Source: an uncultured Gammaproteobacteria bacterium (GTDB taxonomy: Bacteria; Patescibacteriota; Patescibacteriia; Magasanikbacterales; GWA2-37-8). From it: 64,000 bases of DNA. Under the pieces are notes generated by a model that saw nothing but the letters and a program-made list of their open reading frames with translations, did not search any database and was not told the DNA's origin. Positions within the stretch are counted from its first letter, which is position 1. Each line of letters starts with the position of its first letter. A program made the position numbers and the translations under genes. The stretch lies in the NCBI GenBank assembly GCA_964444705.1, contig CAYUHX010000003.1, positions 3,248 through 67,247 of the forward strand, written 5' to 3'. This document shows, one piece after another, positions 57,222 to 64,000 of the stretch.

Positions 57222-57511
57222 CGGAAACACTCTCCTGTAGATTATTCATGCTTCCCTCTCAGCCAACCGAAGCCGAGGGAACAATGGCAAGGACCTAAAA
57301 ACATCTCTGTCTCCAGGCGGTTAAAGAAGCACTTTTTTAAAAAGAAATTCTTCAGCCGCCTGGAAAAAATTGGAAAAGATCAAATGTTATTACCCTTAAA
57401 CCAAAGATAACAACAAATCAAACTAACATACTGTTTAGTAGCTGTCAAGCTATTGTCGAGATAGTTTTATTCTATTTTGTTTATTCTTAGCCAAATATTA
57501 TTTTTTACCCC

Positions 57512-57540
57512 TTGACAAATGGCAAAAAATGTGCTAACTT
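57512..57540 (+). promoter_or_regulatory. candidate promoter (TTGACA-17-TAACTT) in the low-GC spacer between the two divergent high-GC lipoprotein genes
   Basis: The -35 hexamer is consensus but the -10 is weak. Confidence 0.3.
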
Positions 57541-57717
57541 AGTTTTAATTTAGTTGTATCTCTCTTTGAGAAGCAATTTGCTCATTACCAAATTATTTCG
57601 GGAAAAATATACAGCTCCAGTGAGTTGGGGAGAATAGAGTCGTGCCAAATAAAACAGTTTTGGATTCTCTTTTCTCTCCAGCTATCTCTACCATCTGCAA
57701 GTCCCCGCGCCAACAAG

Positions 57718-57732
57718 GGCGGGGCAGACAGG
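57718..57732. repeat. left 15-bp inverted repeat (GGCGGGGCAGACAGG) flanking island 5
   Basis: Matches the reverse complement of 58973-58987 (GGCAGGGCAGACAGG) at 14 of 15 positions. Confidence 0.4.
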
Positions 57733-57739
57733 AGCACCC

Positions 57740-58546
57740 ATGTGTCTTTCCATCAATGGTTCTGTGCGTCGTTTCTTCGTCATCACCGGCCTCCTCCTGA
57801 CCGCCGCGGCCAGCGGCTGCGGCATCTGGCCGGAGGAGCACTACGCGACCGGCGATTCGACCGTGTACGAGCCGGTCATGAAGGCGCCGGACGCGCCCAT
57901 GCCCCCGGCGGCGACCTGCTACGACCTGGTCTTCGAGAAGAACGCGTCGTCCAAGGGCGCCAGCGCCCAGGGCTACTACTGGTTCGATGCCAACACCTCC
58001 CACACCCAGTTCGCGGCCGGGTCCTTCAGCCTGCTGAACCCGACCGGGACCGGGCAGTACTGCAACGTCACCATCCCGGCCCCCGACGGCCACCTGGCGA
58101 GCCTGTCCATCCCGCGAATGGCTGCCAACTTCCGCCACACCACCGCACAGTCGGGCAAGCTCATCACGATCATCGACTACAACATCGACCTCCCCCAGGA
58201 GCCGCGGGTGGAGTCCCTGCAGATCGTGGTCTTCGCCGACCAGCTGGCGCCCAACGACACGTGCGCCGGCGAGCGGACCCGCCTGGCCTTCAACGGCCTC
58301 GCCATCACGGCTCGCACCTGCTCGATCCGCTCGGCCAACGGCAGCAGCACGACCCCGGCGGTGACCCAGTTCACCATCAACGAGGTGAACGGCGGCTGCC
58401 TCCTGCAGCAGCGGACCGGCAACGGCAGCCCGGCCATCTACACCCAGGCAGCCGCGGAGGTTGAGGCTGACAGCGCCGGGGCCGACTGGAGCTTCCAGTC
58501 CACCCAGCTGGCCAGCGACGACCTGGTCGAGTGCTCCGCGCAGTAG
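57740..58546 (+). CDS. putative lipoprotein (high-GC island 5)
   Basis: ~66% GC, SD CAGGAG, a signal peptide ending AAASGC and Cys-containing, Gly/Thr/Ala-rich mature protein. Confidence 0.55.
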   Translation: MCLSINGSVRRFFVITGLLLTAAASGCGIWPEEHYATGDSTVYEPVMKAPDAPMPPAATCYDLVFEKNASSKGASAQGYYWFDANTSHTQFAAGSFSLLNPTGTGQYCNVTIPAPDGHLASLSIPRMAANFRHTTAQSGKLITIIDYNIDLPQEPRVESLQIVVFADQLAPNDTCAGERTRLAFNGLAITARTCSIRSANGSSTTPAVTQFTINEVNGGCLLQQRTGNGSPAIYTQAAAEVEADSAGADWSFQSTQLASDDLVECSAQ

Positions 58547-58683
58547 GCGCCGCGCCACTTTTTCCCGACCCCACCGGAGATCATCCGCCGCCGCTCCCCC
58601 TCGCATGAGGGGTCGAGCGCTCGCTGCCCGTCTCCTCCTGCTTTCTGTTAATAATTATTGTTAACAAAAAGTAGGACACAAAA

Positions 58684-58712
58684 AATCCTCTCATTGATTG
58701 AGAGGATTTTTT
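58684..58712. terminator. bidirectional rho-independent terminator
   Basis: Perfect 10-bp stem AATCCTCTCA-ttgat-TGAGAGGATT flanked by A5 and T6. Confidence 0.55.
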
Positions 58713-58972
58713 ATTGACTCTAACTCATTTTCATCACCTATTACTTTTTTGTGCGGACAAAAAAGTAATCAAAAAAACCGCCGAACTAATGCTTCACTCC
58801 GCCACTGCCATCGGTTCGCCCTCACTGACGAGCTGAACTCGCTTTGGCTCAGACAGCAGCTCGCCTCCTTTAAGGATCGTTCAGGCTCACCGTGGCCAGA
58901 TGGCGTCGCTTCACATATGTTCGGTGTGGATGTGATGCACGTGTCGTTTATTTATAGCTTTCACATCCACAC

Positions 58973-59012
58973 CCTGTCTGCCCTGCCTACCGGCAGGCAG
59001 GCGACAGGCAGG
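58973..59012. repeat. 40-nt GC-rich nested palindromic element (expanded form of the 20-mer in the pseudo-tRNA)
   Basis: CCTGTCTGCC+CTGCCTACCGGCAGGCAGGC+GACAGGCAGG; the outer 10+10 nt equal the 20-mer found at 41780-41799 (reverse complement). Confidence 0.45.
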
Positions 59013-59030
59013 CTAAAAACTAAAACCTTT

Positions 59031-59051
59031 AACCTAAAACCTACAACCTAA
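59031..59051. repeat. three tandem copies of heptamer AACCTA(A/C) abutting the asnS stop
   Basis: AACCTAA AACCTAC AACCTAA. Confidence 0.4.
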
Positions 59052-59054
59052 GAG

Positions 59055-60341
59055 CTAGGGTCGGAGTCTTCCAATCGTGCGCGGAAAAGGAATACATTCA
59101 CGTATATGTTCTACCCCCGCAATCCAGCGCACTGCTCGCTCAAGGCCAATACCAAAACCCGAATGTGGCACGCCGCCAAAACGACGAGTATCGAGATACC
59201 ATTCATAATCAACCATATTCAGACCCTCTTCTTTAATACGCGCAATGAGGACATCCACATTTTCTTCACGTTGACTGCCGCCGATGAGCTCTCCCCCGCC
59301 TTCAGTGGCAATGAGGTCATCATTAAAGACGCGCTCCTCGTTCGTGGGATCAGTCTTCATATAAAAAGGTTTAATACTCTTGGGCCATTTTTCAATAAAC
59401 ACCGGCACGGCGCTATCTTTGGTAAGTAGTCCCTCATCATCATTTCCTAAATCTTCACCATATTTAATATCTGATCCAAGCTCGTTTAATTTTACAATCG
59501 CTGCTTCGTAGGTATATCGCGTAAATGGTGCATCGGCGGCTTTTAATTTGGTCACATCACGCTCAAGGATAGTCAATTCTTCTTGGCAACGCTCTAGAGA
59601 ACGGCGAATGATAAAACGCACCAAACCTTCTTGCAGCGCCAGGTTTCCTTCATGCTCCACAAAAGCCGCTTCGGCATCCATCATCCAAAATTCGGTGAGA
59701 TGACGTTTGGTTTTACTTTTTTCTGCGCGAAAGACCGGACCAAAATCATAACAACGGCCAACAGAAGCAATGGCCGCCTCAATGTAGAGTTGACCAGATT
59801 GCGAAAGATACGCTTCGCCTAAATCAAAATACGGCACGGCAAACAAAGTGGTGGTACCCTCACAGGCGTTGGGTGTGAACACTGGCGAATCGACACGAAT
59901 AAATTTTTCTTGATGCAAATACTCGTTGATGGCCATGATTATAGTGTCGCGAATCCGGAGAATGGCCCATTGCCGTTTACTGCGCAGCCACAAGTGCCTA
60001 TTGTCCATGAGAAAATCTGGACCATGCTCTTTTTTGGCAATGGGATAATCAACTGCTAACTGTAAAATGGCAAAATCAGTTACTTGTAATTCAAAGATAT
60101 TGTCATTTTTTGGATGTTTCGCCACCACACCAGTCACATTCACCGATGATTCTTGGGAAGCAGTTTCTACGGCCGCCCACACCTCACTAGACAACCCTTT
60201 TTGCACAGCCACCGCTTGCACGAATCCAGAACCATCACGTATTTCGAGAAAAGCAATTGGCCCGGAAGAGCGCTTGTTATTTAGCCAGCCTTTAACAGTC
60301 ACCGTTTCGCCCACGTGGGAAGAAAATTCTGAGATCAACAT
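59055..60341 (-). CDS. asnS: asparagine--tRNA ligase
   Basis: N-terminal OB anticodon-binding domain and class II motifs, including FRAEKSKTKRHLTEFWMMDAEAAF (compare E. coli AsnS FRAENSNTSRHLAEFWM). Confidence 0.9.
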   Translation of the reverse strand: MLISEFSSHVGETVTVKGWLNNKRSSGPIAFLEIRDGSGFVQAVAVQKGLSSEVWAAVETASQESSVNVTGVVAKHPKNDNIFELQVTDFAILQLAVDYPIAKKEHGPDFLMDNRHLWLRSKRQWAILRIRDTIIMAINEYLHQEKFIRVDSPVFTPNACEGTTTLFAVPYFDLGEAYLSQSGQLYIEAAIASVGRCYDFGPVFRAEKSKTKRHLTEFWMMDAEAAFVEHEGNLALQEGLVRFIIRRSLERCQEELTILERDVTKLKAADAPFTRYTYEAAIVKLNELGSDIKYGEDLGNDDEGLLTKDSAVPVFIEKWPKSIKPFYMKTDPTNEERVFNDDLIATEGGGELIGGSQREENVDVLIARIKEEGLNMVDYEWYLDTRRFGGVPHSGFGIGLERAVRWIAGVEHIRECIPFPRTIGRLRP

Positions 60342-60381
60342 ATATACTCATTACTTAAAATCAAAAAATCTACATCTATTT

Positions 60382-61098
60382 TTATAAATACCCATCCGTA
60401 ATTGGATCACACCAAAAAACCAATCGACTTTTTGGTTGAAAATTTTCTTTGCCATGAACATCGGTAATTTTTTTCGCATCATCGCCCGGAACTTTGGCAT
60501 AATAGGTTGGTTTGAAAGATTTCGGACAGTTTACGAGTAGCAACCACTGCGCTCCACAATCGACATATAAGGTACGCAATTCATTAAGTTTCTCGGGTGA
60601 AAAATATGGATACTTTCTGCCACGCGCTGTTTGCGTGCTATTACAATCAAAACGATACCAATGAGTACCATCTTTTTCATCTTTTAGCTCAGTTACTCTC
60701 AGCTGCACCTCTTCTGAATTAGGCACAATCGTTGGCTGATCTTTCGCATCTACGATTTCACTCCCCTCAGGCGTTTCACCACGCACCATTTCGCTACTAC
60801 CAAGCAAAAGGGCTGCTGCTCCCGCAAATGCACGCAAGGTACGAGGTGAGGCTAACTGCGGCCTGGCTGCCCAGGCTTGTGCAACAACATCTCCTAACGC
60901 CGGTGGCATGGTCGCAAGCACTTCTTGAACAGTTTGCTCACTGCGTGCTGGAATTTCTTTTTTTCTGCCACGACCAATTTCTTTGAGGCTGCTCACCAGG
61001 CTTTGGAATACTTCCTGGACATGCTGCTTCGCTGGTCGAGCTTCTCTTTTTTCTATGAGAGGATTTTTGTGAAATACCTCTTGAGGCACTTTTACCAT
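60382..61098 (-). CDS. hypothetical protein
   Basis: 238-aa ORF with a central hydrophobic segment and a Cys-containing C-terminal domain. Confidence 0.45.
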   Translation of the reverse strand: MVKVPQEVFHKNPLIEKREARPAKQHVQEVFQSLVSSLKEIGRGRKKEIPARSEQTVQEVLATMPPALGDVVAQAWAARPQLASPRTLRAFAGAAALLLGSSEMVRGETPEGSEIVDAKDQPTIVPNSEEVQLRVTELKDEKDGTHWYRFDCNSTQTARGRKYPYFSPEKLNELRTLYVDCGAQWLLLVNCPKSFKPTYYAKVPGDDAKKITDVHGKENFQPKSRLVFWCDPITDGYL

Positions 61099-61165
61099 AC
61101 ACTAACTAGACATTATCGTTCTAGTGTACTTATTTTAAAGAAAAAAGCAAGCTCTTTCCAAGGCC

Positions 61166-62176
61166 CTAAACCAGGCCAATCCAGGCAATTTGCTGACCTT
61201 CTTCGATAGCACCCACACCACAGATACTCATTAAATGAAAGGTCTGAAATGCCCGCACACTCACCATGGTGTTGCACCACGGCTGATAAACCAAGGCATA
61301 TTCTTCGCCTTTTTGCACGCGTTCACCCACTTTTTTCTGCCAAGAATAATAGCCTGCCACCGGTGACACTAAATGAGTCGCATTTTTTATCGAAATTTCT
61401 AAAGGGGGAAAAAACTTGGCACTTTCCTCTTTTTTATGAGACCACACTGAATCCAACCAGCGCACTAATTCTGCAAAACGCTGTAATAGTGCAGCCTCAT
61501 TTATTTCTCCATGATGATACACCTCCCAAGTGCTCGCCGCTGGAATTTGGGAAAGGGGCATATTATCCAAAAAAGGTGCCACATGCGATTCGTCAAAAGC
61601 ACCAACCGCATCTTCTTTTTTTTCCCACAAAATATGTACGCGCGCGCCGAGAGGTTTAAATACATCGCTGTGCATAGAATGCGAAAAAAGATGCGCTTCA
61701 TTGTCTGAGCCCGTGGTATGAATATCAACGACATGCGTGGCAGCAGCACTGAGCAATTTAAGCGTGGCCGCAAGCTTATGCTCGATACTTAGGTTTGGTT
61801 CTAAGAGCAGCTCTTCATAATATTTTTTTTGAGCGTCAAGACTGTTCCAGGCTACATGCGTGGTAAAAATTCTATTCCAATTAGCACCATTATGCAGATT
61901 CCAACGACCCGTTAGGGCATTGTAACCAACAGCATTCACGGCGATTGGGTTGGCACACGGCACGATGATGACGGTGCCTGGAAAATCAGCGTGAGTTTCC
62001 AGATATTGAATTAATTTTCTCAAAAGTACGGTACCAAAAATTTCTGGCCCGTGGATGTTGGCCTGCAGATAAACCGTTGGGCCAGGCGTATGACCGCGAA
62101 AGGTGTAGACGTGAATAAAAAGCTCTTCACCACTAGCTTTTTGTTGCAAAGGATACGTTGTTTTGAAGTAAAACAT
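61166..62176 (-). CDS. succinylglutamate desuccinylase/aspartoacylase (AstE/AspA) family zinc hydrolase
   Basis: N-terminal H-x-x-E zinc motif (QANIHGPEIFG), a downstream His and two-domain length (~336 aa). Confidence 0.5.
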   Translation of the reverse strand: MFYFKTTYPLQQKASGEELFIHVYTFRGHTPGPTVYLQANIHGPEIFGTVLLRKLIQYLETHADFPGTVIIVPCANPIAVNAVGYNALTGRWNLHNGANWNRIFTTHVAWNSLDAQKKYYEELLLEPNLSIEHKLAATLKLLSAAATHVVDIHTTGSDNEAHLFSHSMHSDVFKPLGARVHILWEKKEDAVGAFDESHVAPFLDNMPLSQIPAASTWEVYHHGEINEAALLQRFAELVRWLDSVWSHKKEESAKFFPPLEISIKNATHLVSPVAGYYSWQKKVGERVQKGEEYALVYQPWCNTMVSVRAFQTFHLMSICGVGAIEEGQQIAWIGLV

Positions 62177-62269
62177 ATGGAGTAAATTTTAAAATATAGT
62201 ATTATTTGACGTCAATACCACAAAGAGAGAATGGGTGGGCGCGACGAATAAATTCCGTCGCGCCCCAGA

Positions 62270-62752
62270 CTATTTTTTTCTTAGGAAGAAAAGACGACAT
62301 TCGGTCGGCACGGCTCGAAAAGTGCAGCACTGTTTTTCTTCGACCGATTTCCAACGATCACAAGGTTCACACGTGGCTTCCCAAGGAACGCTATTCCACG
62401 AATGAGCATCTGCCTCGTGCCATCCTTGCCGAGTGACAAGGCGCACCACTCGCGGGTTATGGGTAACAAGAAACACATCGTCATGAACCTTGTTCATAAT
62501 GACGGTCAACATTTTTCGCCATAGACCCTGACCACGATACGCTGGCGCCACCCACACCGAACCTAGCTCACGCCATGTCAAAGCCTGTGTTGGCCACAAC
62601 GCCACAAATGCAATTGGCTCACCTTCCTTTTCAATCAAAAGAGCCTGATCTGACTGGACAAGCTCAAAAAGTGCCATAGGTGTAATACGTCCTCCAAAAA
62701 GTGCTTCCTCTTTTTGCAGGGCCATTACGAGCTTTTCCCAAACCGTTGTCAT
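62270..62752 (-). CDS. GNAT family N-acetyltransferase
   Basis: Acetyl-CoA binding motif (VWVAPAYRGQGLWRKML). Confidence 0.6.
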   Translation of the reverse strand: MTTVWEKLVMALQKEEALFGGRITPMALFELVQSDQALLIEKEGEPIAFVALWPTQALTWRELGSVWVAPAYRGQGLWRKMLTVIMNKVHDDVFLVTHNPRVVRLVTRQGWHEADAHSWNSVPWEATCEPCDRWKSVEEKQCCTFRAVPTECRLFFLRKK

Positions 62753-62769
62753 CGTATTTTTCTCCTGAA

Positions 62770-62794
62770 AAGTGACCTTACTTTAAGGTCACTT
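62770..62794. promoter_or_regulatory. 11-bp perfect inverted repeat (AAGTGACCTTA-ctt-TAAGGTCACTT) just upstream of the GNAT gene; candidate operator
   Basis: The palindrome has no flanking T-run and lies 18 nt upstream of the GNAT start codon. Confidence 0.35.
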
Positions 62795-62899
62795 GTGATT
62801 ATTTGAATAATCAAACAGTCACAATCAACCTCAAATGATTGCGGCAACGACGGAATGATTGTTGATAAAAAATAATCATACAAAAAGACATAATAAAAA

Positions 62900-62920
62900 C
62901 CCCTCTTTCAAGAGGGGTTT
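62900..62920 (-). terminator. rho-independent terminator downstream of recO
   Basis: CCCCTCT-ttca-AGAGGGG hairpin followed by a T-run on the minus strand. Confidence 0.55.
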
Positions 62921-63024
62921 AAGGTGCGAACAAAATGAAAATTAAAGACTAACACCACCCTTTCTCGAAAGAGTCTGTGTGGCGACGACGGAATAATGAA
63001 AAAATAAGTAGATGAATCATAGTT

Positions 63025-63795
63025 TTAAACGTGTATTTGAACCTTACCATACGAACGAATCGCACGCAACACGCTATCCACATAACCCTCTTTAATAATT
63101 TTTTTCTCTGTGTGATATGTGATAAAACTTTCTATCAATCGTTCTTCCTCAAGAGAAACTGAAAGAGTATTTATTTCTACCCATTCTTTCTGTAACAAAG
63201 AACCAAGAGTTGTAAGTGATCGTTCTGTTACGGGAATGCCTTCAAAAACGATCGACCTATCCGGCGAATGACAAGTGCGTCCAACCACTCCTCCGGCAGC
63301 AGCAGAAAAATAAAACGAATCTGTTGTTATTTTTTTCTCACACACCACACAACGATCAATCACTGGCGTAAAACCAAGATGATGCCACAATTTAAGCACA
63401 AATGCGCTCATCACACTTGGTTCAATCAAAGTAGTTATTTCTAAAAAATTCAAATAGCCTTGCAAAAACAGAAATAAATCAACATCTTTTTGGTGCACTT
63501 CCACCATCGTATCGACTAAAAAAAACGCGGCCTGAAGTAAAAGACGTTTATTAAAATCACCACGGATATTTTTATAGGCACACACCGGTACTGCTCGAAT
63601 AAGGTGATCGATCTCTTGTCCGGCTACCATTTCTACTTCAATCAAAAAACCTGGCTCTAAAAAAGGACTATTTTTACTTGTTATTTTTTTGACACCTCGT
63701 GCTAATAATTCTAATTTGCCAGCTTCTTTGGTGTATAACGAAACACGTTGATCATGTTCACGAAAATCACGACGCGAAAGAATGAAAGCCAGCAT
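63025..63795 (-). CDS. recO: DNA repair protein RecO
   Basis: N-terminal OB fold (ILSRRDFREHDQRVSLYTKEAGKLELLARG) and a C-terminal Cys cluster (CVVCEKK...C). Confidence 0.85.
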   Translation of the reverse strand: MLAFILSRRDFREHDQRVSLYTKEAGKLELLARGVKKITSKNSPFLEPGFLIEVEMVAGQEIDHLIRAVPVCAYKNIRGDFNKRLLLQAAFFLVDTMVEVHQKDVDLFLFLQGYLNFLEITTLIEPSVMSAFVLKLWHHLGFTPVIDRCVVCEKKITTDSFYFSAAAGGVVGRTCHSPDRSIVFEGIPVTERSLTTLGSLLQKEWVEINTLSVSLEEERLIESFITYHTEKKIIKEGYVDSVLRAIRSYGKVQIHV

Positions 63796-63817
63796 AACGC
63801 GCCAAAATAAATATATC

Positions 63818-64000
63818 TTTAGTACAATTCAGGATGTTCAACATGCACAAGCGCATTCATAATTGCTTGTTTCGTATACTCCTTGCGATTAATGCGACCG
63901 TTAGTCATTATGGCAATGATTCCTTCTTCGGTGCCGACTTTTTCACTCGTTGTTAACCCCACCTCACGACACGCCTGACTCGCATCAAGGCCGTGATGTA
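63818..64000 (-). CDS. 3' end of an unidentified gene upstream of recO (partial, continues beyond the window)
   Basis: Open frame ending ...IMTNGRINRKEYTKQAIMNALVHVEHPELY* with stop TAA at 63818-63820, 22 nt before recO. Confidence 0.3.

Noticed and set aside
56604-58606. Long antisense ORFs (268 aa +, 337 aa -, 279 aa +, several 60-90-aa Pro/Arg-rich) overlapping the two high-GC lipoprotein genes
   Set aside because: Same artefact of high GC. The chosen frames have signal peptides, SDs and sensible composition, whereas the rejected ones are Arg/Gly/Pro homopolymer-like.
58698-59051. 117-aa ORF upstream of asnS
   Set aside because: It spans the GC-rich palindrome and heptamer repeats, has no SD and has implausible composition, so it is treated as non-coding structured DNA.
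59031-59051. CRISPR array
   Set aside because: There are only three 7-nt tandem units with no spacers and no cas genes. This is a microsatellite, not a CRISPR array.
1-64000. rRNA operon, tmRNA, RNase P RNA, SRP RNA
   Set aside because: No matches to their conserved cores were seen by eye (e.g. tmRNA tRNA-like 3' end, GGAAAGTCCGG P4 region); a proper Infernal scan is needed to be sure.

Overview
This 64 kb window is a gene-dense, low-GC (~40-45%) bacterial chromosome segment dominated by housekeeping genes. Identified genes are prs, dnaE, pheS/pheT, rseP, lemA, an M48 HtpX-like protease, phosphomannomutase, a ClpC-like AAA+ chaperone, radA, recG, parA/parB, a short Rel/SpoT enzyme, topA, dprA, pth, der, an LCP-family protein, asnS and recO. 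There are three tRNA genes with encoded CCA: Leu-CAA, Val-CAC and Arg-GCG. Reduced regulatory proteins, a giant 2189-aa protein and many hypotheticals suggest a small-genome lineage such as CPR/Patescibacteria, but this is inference. The most unusual features follow.

- **High-GC islands.** Five very sharp single-gene islands of >65% GC are embedded in the low-GC background. They encode a cupin protein, a Pro/Ala-rich membrane protein and three putative lipoproteins. Each has canonical SD sequences, promoters and terminators. Several are flanked by short direct or inverted repeats, including a duplicated promoter-bearing 29-bp repeat and a 15-bp inverted repeat pair.
- **Gene inside the pheS-pheT operon.** A 500-aa ORF with a C-terminal caspase/CHAT-like His...Cys motif pair lies between pheS and pheT, translationally coupled to both.
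- **tRNA-Leu locus.** A complete tRNA-Leu sits next to a small GIY-YIG nuclease gene and a partial tRNA-Leu 5' duplicate that carries a 20-nt GC-rich palindromic insert. Related motifs recur at two other loci.
- **Giant-protein operons.** Two large Ala/Glu/Lys-rich proteins (732 aa and 2189 aa) are each preceded by a small ORF and flank one of the high-GC islands. The larger one has three internal tandem repeats.
- **Envelope operon.** A TolB-like propeller, a DsbA-like oxidoreductase and a Cys-rich peptidoglycan amidase lie in one plus-strand block.
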